From positions 94,238 through 158,237 of the forward strand of contig JAUIIY010000001.1 in assembly GCA_030431375.1 (NCBI GenBank): a stretch of DNA of 64,000 nt, in the 5' to 3' direction. The notes under the pieces were generated by a model, which was given only the letters and a program-made list of their open reading frames with translations, was not told the origin of the DNA and ran no database searches. This document shows, piece by piece, positions 26,194 through 33,841 of this stretch. The position numbers were made by a program, and so were the translations under genes. Numbering within the stretch: position 1 is the stretch's first letter; every line of letters starts with the position of its first letter. The stretch is from Alphaproteobacteria bacterium (lineage in GTDB: Bacteria > Pseudomonadota > Alphaproteobacteria > Rickettsiales > JABSSG01).

Positions 26194-26574
26194 TTACGAC
26201 TTTATTACTGAACTAACTTGTTTTTCTATTTCATCTAAATTGTAAGGTTTTTTTAAAATACCAGCAATTCCCATTTTTTTAACTTCCACCAAAGAGTTAT
26301 CTGCATCGGACATTCCCGTTTGTATTATCACAGGAATTTCTGCGTAACTAGGTTCTCTAGAAATTTCTTTTAATATCTCAAGACCTGTGATATCAGGCAA
26401 CATCATATCCAATAAAATCACTGAAATTTCAGAACGATTTTTTTTCAACACCTCAAATGCCTCTGCTCCTGAGCGAGCAAGCATCACACTTAAATCCAAG
26501 CTCTCTAGCATCAGTTTGACTGAGAACAGGCACGCCTCTTCATCGTCAATAAGTAAAACTTTAGCTTGTCTCAT
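26194..26574 (-). CDS. single-domain response regulator (CheY-like receiver)
   Basis: Acidic pocket LLIDDEE, phospho-acceptor context ILLDMMLPD, conserved T (IIQTG) and K (KKPY). No output domain. Start taken at MRQAKV. Confidence 0.85.
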   Translation of the reverse strand: MRQAKVLLIDDEEACLFSVKLMLESLDLSVMLARSGAEAFEVLKKNRSEISVILLDMMLPDITGLEILKEISREPSYAEIPVIIQTGMSDADNSLVEVKKMGIAGILKKPYNLDEIEKQVSSVIKS

Positions 26575-26631
26575 AAATATCCTCAAATTCCATCAACTTA
26601 CAATAATTTATTTCTGTTTTCCATAAAAACA

Positions 26632-27789
26632 CTAAAAATTATATAATTGCTCGTGCTCTCTCATCGCAAATCTATCGGTCATACCAGAGATATAATCACA
26701 TATCACTCTTTTTGGATCCACCCCCTGATCAATTTTCCTTCGCCATTTCTCGGGTAAACAACCATAATCATTCATATACACCTCAAAAAGATCTTTTACA
26801 ATCTTTCTTCCTTTAAATGTCATGCGATTGACCTGACTATGCCTATACATATTGTTAAACAAAAATTCTTTTAGTTTTAAAATAAATTCAGAAGTCTTCT
26901 CTGAAAAAGATACCAAATTTTCTGGGGCATTTTGTACATCCCCGAATGATTTAATATTATGCCTTAACAACCTATTTTTGGTCTCACTTATTACATCTAG
27001 TATTAAGGCATCTGCAAGTTTCTTAATTATTTCATGAAGAGCTCTTCTATTTTCATAATTATTGATATTTTTTTCCACATCATTTAGAACGAAATCCATA
27101 AAATTATTTTGCTTAATATCATCCAAAGAAAATAGTCCAGCCTTTAAGCCATCCTCAAGATCATGAGCATTATATGCAATATCGTCTGAGATGGCAGCCA
27201 CTTGCGCTTCCAGAGAGGCAAATTTATCCAAATGCAAATTATACTTATCATTAAACTCTAATATAAATTTGTCAATTGGCCTTTTTTTTGAGTTTTCGCC
27301 CAGCAATGGTCCGTTATGCTTTACCATTCCCTCTAAGGTTTCCCAAGTGAGATTTAACCCGTTATAGGCAAAATATTTTTCTTCACCTTCCACCACCAAT
27401 CTTAAAGCATTTGCATTATGATCAAATCCACCATTACTCTTCATTGCAGCATCGAGTGCCTCTTCACCAGCATGTCCAAAAGGAGGGTGCCCCAAATCAT
27501 GCGACAAACATATTACCTCAGTCAAATCAGCTGACAAATTAAAATGATTTGCTAAGACCTTGCCTATTTGGCTCACTTCAATTGAATGAGTTAATCTCGT
27601 TCTATAATGATCACCCTTATCATTAATAAAAACCTGTGTTTTATATTCCAATCTACGAAAAGAAGCAGAGTTAGTGATTCTATTCAAATCTTCCTGGAAC
27701 GGATTTCTTATTGATGTCGCTCTTTCTTCAAACAATCGACCTCTAGAATTAGCCGGATCAAGCGCAAATGATGCTAGATTTTTTTGCAT
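26632..27789 (-). CDS. dgt: dGTP triphosphohydrolase-like HD-domain protein
   Basis: RTRLTHSIEVSQIG and LSHDLGHPPFGH HD motifs, plus a C-terminal DYISGMTD pattern. 385 aa. Confidence 0.88.
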   Translation of the reverse strand: MQKNLASFALDPANSRGRLFEERATSIRNPFQEDLNRITNSASFRRLEYKTQVFINDKGDHYRTRLTHSIEVSQIGKVLANHFNLSADLTEVICLSHDLGHPPFGHAGEEALDAAMKSNGGFDHNANALRLVVEGEEKYFAYNGLNLTWETLEGMVKHNGPLLGENSKKRPIDKFILEFNDKYNLHLDKFASLEAQVAAISDDIAYNAHDLEDGLKAGLFSLDDIKQNNFMDFVLNDVEKNINNYENRRALHEIIKKLADALILDVISETKNRLLRHNIKSFGDVQNAPENLVSFSEKTSEFILKLKEFLFNNMYRHSQVNRMTFKGRKIVKDLFEVYMNDYGCLPEKWRRKIDQGVDPKRVICDYISGMTDRFAMREHEQLYNF

Positions 27790-27844
27790 ATTGTAATTTT
27801 GTATATAGTCATTATATTTATTATTATAATTAATATTTATTAAG

Positions 27845-28192
27845 ATGGCTAGTGAACAAAAAAACTTTGAAATCTCACTGTCAGAGAGTGCCGCAAAAAG
27901 AATTTCTTTTTTGACTCAGCAAGGTGAAGATAAAGGGAAAAAATTACGCATCTCTGTTTTGGGTGGAGGATGTTCTGGCTTCCAATATAAATACGAGTTA
28001 GTAGATACTATTGAGAGTGATGATATCATCATAAAAAATGATGGAGCTACCTTGATTATTGATCAAGTCTCAGCTGATTTATTAAAGGGATCAGTCGTGA
28101 ATTACATCGAGTCGCTTGGCTTCGCGCATTTTGAAATCAAAAACCCGAACGCCGCGAGCAAATGCGGTTGTGGGAATTCCTTTTCTATTTAG
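27845..28192 (+). CDS. erpA: iron-sulfur cluster insertion protein, IscA/ErpA (HesB) family
   Basis: 115 aa with GGCSGFQY and the C-terminal CGCGNSF cysteine motif. Confidence 0.88.
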   Translation: MASEQKNFEISLSESAAKRISFLTQQGEDKGKKLRISVLGGGCSGFQYKYELVDTIESDDIIIKNDGATLIIDQVSADLLKGSVVNYIESLGFAHFEIKNPNAASKCGCGNSFSI

Positions 28193-29456
28193 CTCTATTT
28201 AATGCTGATATAACTTTTGACACGGTCAAAATTGGATCTAACTTAATCCCATTCGGATATTTTTTACTATAAATAACGTTAAGCGGAATTGCATAATGAT
28301 TATGCATAGATAGGAATTTGTTGATTTCTTTACTTTCCCTCGTGTAATCACCCCGTATAGTCACAATATCGTGATCCTGCATATAATTCATTACATACTC
28401 ATTATCTAGCACCGTAAACTTATTATATTTACAGGTTAAACACCAATCAGCTGATATATCAATAAACACAATCTTATCCTCTGCAAGTGCTTCATCTATT
28501 TCCTGAAAAGAAAAATCCTTCCAAACTCTATTGATCTTTTTGTCTCTAACTACTTCATTTTGTTCATATTTGCTCGGCAGGAAAAAGGCTAAAGATATGA
28601 TTGTAATTAGAGAAATAGCTTTTACTAGTTTGTTTAATTTTGTATTTGAAAGAAAAAATTTGAATAAAATACATATCATAAACAAAAGTAAGGCAGCGTT
28701 CTTGTCTAATAAAGCAGACAAAATATATAACAACCATAAAACTGATAAATATATCAATATTTCAAGTATTTTCTTAAACCACTTATTCCAACTCCCAGAT
28801 TTTGGAATATATTTAATGAGACTTGGATTTATTGTGACTAACAAGAAAGGCCCCGACATCCCAATACCAAGAAAGAAAAAAACCAATATAATGCTATATA
28901 CAGATCCTGATATGGCAACAGATATAGCTGAACCTAGCAAGGGAGCTGTGCAGGGAGTAGCAAGGATTGTTGCTAGAATTCCAGAAAGAAAACTACCCAA
29001 CAATGCTTTATGAGATGAGTTTTTATCTAGTTTCTCAATAAAATTCTGAGGCAGAGGTAGAGAATAATTTTCAGAAATATATATGGCAAAAACCATCATC
29101 AATATGACTAAGGCAGTAATAAAATATGGGTTCTGAAAATTTATTCCAAGACCAGCATATTCACCTGATAACTTCAAAAATATTATGAATATAGCAATAA
29201 CTAAAAAGGCACTAACCACCCCCAGGGAAACAAAAAAAGAGCTTAACCTGGTGTTTTCTCTAGACATAGAAATCAATGAATTAACCTTCAACGCAAGTAC
29301 AGGAAGTACACATGGCATAAAATTGAGCAAAAACCCACCAGCAAGCGAAATCAATATTAAATGTAAGTAACTTAGCCCATTACCAGTTAGGTCGCTATTA
29401 GCATATGATGAGAGCTGGTAAATTAGTAACAATAAAATAATTAGAATTTTTTTCAT
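28185..29456 (-). CDS. DsbD/DipZ-like thiol:disulfide interchange membrane protein with C-terminal thioredoxin fold
   Basis: Signal peptide, TM core with FMPCVLPVLALK and ATPCTAPLLG motifs, and a C-terminal thioredoxin-like ADWCLTCKYN (CxxC). Confidence 0.8.
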   Translation of the reverse strand: MKKILIILLLLIYQLSSYANSDLTGNGLSYLHLILISLAGGFLLNFMPCVLPVLALKVNSLISMSRENTRLSSFFVSLGVVSAFLVIAIFIIFLKLSGEYAGLGINFQNPYFITALVILMMVFAIYISENYSLPLPQNFIEKLDKNSSHKALLGSFLSGILATILATPCTAPLLGSAISVAISGSVYSIILVFFFLGIGMSGPFLLVTINPSLIKYIPKSGSWNKWFKKILEILIYLSVLWLLYILSALLDKNAALLLFMICILFKFFLSNTKLNKLVKAISLITIISLAFFLPSKYEQNEVVRDKKINRVWKDFSFQEIDEALAEDKIVFIDISADWCLTCKYNKFTVLDNEYVMNYMQDHDIVTIRGDYTRESKEINKFLSMHNHYAIPLNVIYSKKYPNGIKLDPILTVSKVISALNRAK

Positions 29457-29543
29457 ATTAGTGTAAATATCTGATAAACTATTGAAATGGTATTTTTAAT
29501 CATTACATATTGCAAGAATAACTGATTAAACAACAGGCAACAA

Positions 29544-30119
29544 ATGATAAATGAAGATTCAAGCTTAGAGGGGAAAATTCTACTTTCTTCTCCGGCAACA
29601 TCGCCAGACTCTTATTTTTTTAGAACTGTTATATATATTGTTAAGCATGATTCTGATAAAGGATCCATTGGTCTAGTTGTAAATAATCCAATGGCCGACA
29701 TACCATTAGATATATTAATTAATGAACCAAAAGACCGCATCAGAAAGCATTTTTCCATAAAAAATATTACACCATATTCCGGTGGACCGATGGATTTGGA
29801 AAAAGGGTTCATTTTGCATAGCGATGACTACAACGAAAACATAATAGAGAAAAAAAATTCGATTTGCCTGAGCTCAAACATTGAGCTTATCAAAAAAATA
29901 AAAATTGGTGCAGGACCAAAAAAAAGTCTTTTATTATTCGGTTATTGCGGCTGGGAAAAGGGCCAACTTGAAGAAGAGATAAAGAATGATTATTGGATTA
30001 TTTCATCACCTTCGCAAGATATAATTTTTGATATTGCAGCTAAATATAAATGGAATGAGGCAATTAATTATTTACGAATCAAACCTGCTTTCTATTCATC
30101 CCAATTTGGTCACTGTTAA
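29544..30119 (+). CDS. YqgE/AlgH family protein (UPF0301)
   Basis: GKILLSSP....DSYFFRTVIYIVKHDSDKGSIGLVVNNP and GYCGWEKGQLEEEI match the family pattern. Confidence 0.8.
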   Translation: MINEDSSLEGKILLSSPATSPDSYFFRTVIYIVKHDSDKGSIGLVVNNPMADIPLDILINEPKDRIRKHFSIKNITPYSGGPMDLEKGFILHSDDYNENIIEKKNSICLSSNIELIKKIKIGAGPKKSLLLFGYCGWEKGQLEEEIKNDYWIISSPSQDIIFDIAAKYKWNEAINYLRIKPAFYSSQFGHC

Positions 30120-30167
30120 GTTTGATTTTTATGATTTATAATATATATTGAAAAAAACATTTTTTTT

Positions 30168-30770
30168 ATGAATGACTTACTAGACGAAGTTCAGGAATTT
30201 CAAAAACAAGAATTTGTATCAAAATTTCTGAAAAAATACGGCAAAATGATTATCGGAGCCTGTGTTGTAATTGTTATTTGCACAGCATTCTGGGTGTATT
30301 TCAACAACAAAACTGAAAATGCACAAAAAGATTTCAGCATAAAATTTTACGAGCTGTACAAAACCAATAACGTTAAAGAATTAGAGAAATTATTATCAAA
30401 TAAAGCGCAAGGTTTCTCTGATATAGCAGAGATTAAATTATCGCTTATTTTGTCTAGTAAAAATCAGTATAAAGAGGCTCAAAAAATCTTGATGAATTTA
30501 TACAAAACTAGCAATTATGAAGCTATTTCAAATTACTCACTATATTTATACGGCATGAATGCAGTTTATAATAATAACCAGCAAGAAATGCAAAATTTTT
30601 TAAATATCACAAAACATATCAATAACAATGCTTTTAATAAGCTCCTTTCATTTGTCGAAATTCTTTGCCAAAAAGAACCAAATGAAAGAGAAACTCTGAT
30701 TGAAAAAATAAAATCTAAGAGCTCGAATGACTCTAATTTTATAGGACTTTTAGATATAATACAGAATTAA
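30168..30770 (+). CDS. YfgM-like membrane-anchored TPR protein
   Basis: 200 aa with an N-terminal single TM after a charged leader and a helical repeat body. It sits immediately upstream of bamB-der, the yfgM-bamB-der order known from E. coli. Confidence 0.5.
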   Translation: MNDLLDEVQEFQKQEFVSKFLKKYGKMIIGACVVIVICTAFWVYFNNKTENAQKDFSIKFYELYKTNNVKELEKLLSNKAQGFSDIAEIKLSLILSSKNQYKEAQKILMNLYKTSNYEAISNYSLYLYGMNAVYNNNQQEMQNFLNITKHINNNAFNKLLSFVEILCQKEPNERETLIEKIKSKSSNDSNFIGLLDIIQN

Positions 30771-30775
30771 TTACT

Positions 30776-32095
30776 ATGAAGCACAGCTCTATCAAAATTT
30801 TTATTATTATTTTAGCTTTGTCGTTCATCTCATCCTGTGGGAAGAAGACAAAATCCTACTTAATTGGAAAGGATTATATAAACCTGATGGAATCTGATTT
30901 TAAAGCTACTGCCGATAAATCTCTGTCTGAAGTAAAAATTCCTATAGCCAAAGCAGAAATTCAAAAATCTTGGACCAATAGTAACTTTAATTTGGCACAT
31001 AAACATAGCAACATCAAAATAGATGGGATTAATTTTACTAAACAAAAAAAATACTCACTATATCGCAACAATAATATCTATGGCAGCAATTACAGCCCTG
31101 TTATTGATGAAGGCAAAATTTATGTTATTGATAACAAAAATCATTTACATGCCTTCGACATCAACCGTTCTTATAAAAAATTATGGAGTAGGCCTCTTGT
31201 AAATAAATATAAGACCACAGAATTTGCTGGCGGGGGGATATCAAAATATAAAGATCTCCTTGTTGTTACTGATGGATCTAACAACGTTGCAGCAGTTGAT
31301 GCAAATAATGGCGACTTAATTTGGAACGCTAAAATAAGCAACATCTCCAGATCAAGCCCGGATATCCACGATGAGTTAGCATATGTACTAACCATTGATA
31401 ATAAATTATATTGTTTTGATATTTATACCGGCACAATAAAATGGATACATGCTAGTGCGATGGAGCAGTTCGGAGTCTTTGGATCAGCGACCTCCAATAT
31501 TTATAACAACAATGTTGTTGCACCATATTCTTCGGGTCAGCTTGTTATGTTAGATAGTAAAACAGGAGTAGAGATTTGGAATAAGAGCTTAGTCAACAAC
31601 CAACAAAATTCTACATCCCTATATATGAATGATATTGATATGACACCATTAGTAGCAGATGATACTATTTATGTGGGAAATTACATGGGAACCTTATTCG
31701 CCATTGATGGAAATAATGCCAGAGTGAAATGGCAAAACGAGTCAGCAGGCGGTAATAGCGACGCATGGAATACTGAGGATTTTATTTTTACGGTGAATAA
31801 ATTCTCTCAATTACTAGCTATTTACAAACTTGATGGTCATGTGAAATGGGTTCTAGATTTAAAAACACAGGAAAAACTTAAAAAAGACGCTGCACCATTT
31901 TATAGTGGCCCAATTATGATCAATGGAAAGTTAATATTAACATCTTCGACCGGATCATTATTTGAAATAGATACACAAACAGGCAAAGTAATTAATAGAT
32001 TTAACATTCCTAAAGACATATATGCTCCGCCTATAGTTGCAGATAATCTGTTATATTTATTTAATAATAACGGCACATTAGTGGTAATCAATTAG
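30776..32095 (+). CDS. bamB: outer-membrane protein assembly factor BamB (PQQ-like beta-propeller lipoprotein)
   Basis: Lipobox LSFISSCG, repeated ..D..TG...W blades (NGDLIWN, TGTIKWI, TGVEIWN, ARVKWQ, DGHVKWV), and synteny with der. Confidence 0.85.
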   Translation: MKHSSIKIFIIILALSFISSCGKKTKSYLIGKDYINLMESDFKATADKSLSEVKIPIAKAEIQKSWTNSNFNLAHKHSNIKIDGINFTKQKKYSLYRNNNIYGSNYSPVIDEGKIYVIDNKNHLHAFDINRSYKKLWSRPLVNKYKTTEFAGGGISKYKDLLVVTDGSNNVAAVDANNGDLIWNAKISNISRSSPDIHDELAYVLTIDNKLYCFDIYTGTIKWIHASAMEQFGVFGSATSNIYNNNVVAPYSSGQLVMLDSKTGVEIWNKSLVNNQQNSTSLYMNDIDMTPLVADDTIYVGNYMGTLFAIDGNNARVKWQNESAGGNSDAWNTEDFIFTVNKFSQLLAIYKLDGHVKWVLDLKTQEKLKKDAAPFYSGPIMINGKLILTSSTGSLFEIDTQTGKVINRFNIPKDIYAPPIVADNLLYLFNNNGTLVVIN

Positions 32096-32099
32096 TATC

Positions 32100-33464
32100 A
32101 TGCTTAAAGTAGCTATCGTTGGCCGACCAAATGTCGGTAAATCAACCCTTTTTAATAAATTATCTACAAAAAAGAAGACAATTGTCCATAACTTACCTGG
32201 CGTAACAAGGGATATCACTTTATCCGAAGGGCGTATTGCAGATTTATATTTCCAGATAATCGACAGCGCGGGTTTATTTGATTCGCCTAAAGATGTTTTC
32301 GACAAAGAAATATACCAACACACTATTCACTCAGTCAAACAAGCTGATCTCCTTTTGTTTACGGTAGATTGTCATGTGGGTCTCACGGATGCAGACAACA
32401 TAGTAGCTAAAACAATCCGAAAATTAGATAAACCAACTATTGTGGTGGTAAATAAATGTGATGGCAAAGGATATAGAAATAATGTTGAAGATTTCGCCAA
32501 GCTGGGATTTGAAAAAATAGTTCACATATCTGCTGAACATAAAGCGGGTTTTGTAGAGTTATATGAAGTTATAAGCGAACAAAAAGCATCTATTTTAAAA
32601 GAAGAAAATGGTGATTCTCTTCCAGGCTCCCAAAACGCCAAAAATAATATTATCAAATTAGTTGTATCTGGAAAACCAAACACTGGAAAATCCACTTTGA
32701 TAAATAAAATCATAGGTCAAAAAAGGTTACTTACGGCTGATTTTGCAGGCACTACGCGTGACTCAGTCGCAACAAAATGGACATATAAAAACCATGAATT
32801 TGAGCTAGTTGATACTGCGGGCCTAAGACGCAAAAGAAAAATTGAGAAAGATTCGATTGAGCAATATTCTAACAGCCAGACTATAGCTAGTGTTAACATG
32901 GCCAACATTGTAGTTCTTCTAAATGATGTCAATGAACCACTGCAAAAACAAGATCTAAAAATTGCAAATCTTGCAGTAAATGAAGGGAAACCTATCATTC
33001 TTGCATATAACAAAACAGATATTTTCAAAAATCTTGATAATATAAGAGAAAAACTGAATCGATATTCTCACGAAGTAATACATAATATTAAAAATATACC
33101 TATTATCTATTTGTCTGCTTTAAAAGATAGGAATTTCAACTATCTACTTGATGTTGCAATCAAACTTTACGAAAAGTGGAATGGCCAAATTTCAAAGAAA
33201 GACCTGAATGCATGGCTAGAATATGCTACAGAGCTCCACCCTCCTCCTTTATCTAAAAGCGGCAGACGTATCAATTTAAAATATGTAACTCAAGTTGCCG
33301 CAAGGCCACCAACATTCAAGATATTTGCAAATATAAGTGAGGATATTCCAAAAAGTTATATTAAATATCTAACTACTTCATTGCAAAAATCCTTTGAATT
33401 AGATGATATACCTATAAGGATTATACTTCAAAAAAATCACAATCCTTATTTCAAGAAAAAATAA
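32100..33464 (+). CDS. der: ribosome-associated GTPase Der (EngA)
   Basis: Two G domains (GRPNVGKST..DSAGL..NKCD and GKPNTGKST..DTAGL..NKTD) plus a C-terminal KH-like domain. Confidence 0.95.
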   Translation: MLKVAIVGRPNVGKSTLFNKLSTKKKTIVHNLPGVTRDITLSEGRIADLYFQIIDSAGLFDSPKDVFDKEIYQHTIHSVKQADLLLFTVDCHVGLTDADNIVAKTIRKLDKPTIVVVNKCDGKGYRNNVEDFAKLGFEKIVHISAEHKAGFVELYEVISEQKASILKEENGDSLPGSQNAKNNIIKLVVSGKPNTGKSTLINKIIGQKRLLTADFAGTTRDSVATKWTYKNHEFELVDTAGLRRKRKIEKDSIEQYSNSQTIASVNMANIVVLLNDVNEPLQKQDLKIANLAVNEGKPIILAYNKTDIFKNLDNIREKLNRYSHEVIHNIKNIPIIYLSALKDRNFNYLLDVAIKLYEKWNGQISKKDLNAWLEYATELHPPPLSKSGRRINLKYVTQVAARPPTFKIFANISEDIPKSYIKYLTTSLQKSFELDDIPIRIILQKNHNPYFKKK

Positions 33465-33466
33465 TT

Positions 33467-33835
33467 TTATAAGTATTTTTTTATCTTGGAGATAAGGGCT
33501 TCTTTACTAAATGGCTTAGTGAGAACATCTATGGCACCTTTTTTTAACGCTTTATCTATTTGCTCTTGGTAGATTAACCCGGTCTGCAGAATGACTGGCT
33601 TGTTATTAAATAATTTTCTCTCCCTCAATATATCTAAAAACTCAAAACCGTCCATTCTGGGCATCATTAGATCCAATAAAATAAGATCTATTTTTTCTCC
33701 CCTTTCAAGTAAATCAACAGCTTCCTGACCATTATCAAATAAAACTAATTCAAACTCAGAATTATATAACTGCATAGATAGGCTGGTTAAACATGACGGT
33801 TCATCATCTATGATTAATATTTTCTTTTTTGACAT
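33467..33835 (-). CDS. single-domain response regulator (CheY-like receiver) directly downstream of virB6 paralog 4
   Basis: ILIIDDEP, LILLDLMMPRMDG, ILQTG and TKPF form a complete receiver signature. The ATG lies 6 nt after the stop of 33842..36733 on the same strand. Confidence 0.85.
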   Translation of the reverse strand: MSKKKILIIDDEPSCLTSLSMQLYNSEFELVLFDNGQEAVDLLERGEKIDLILLDLMMPRMDGFEFLDILRERKLFNNKPVILQTGLIYQEQIDKALKKGAIDVLTKPFSKEALISKIKKYL

Positions 33836-33841
33836 ACCTCA

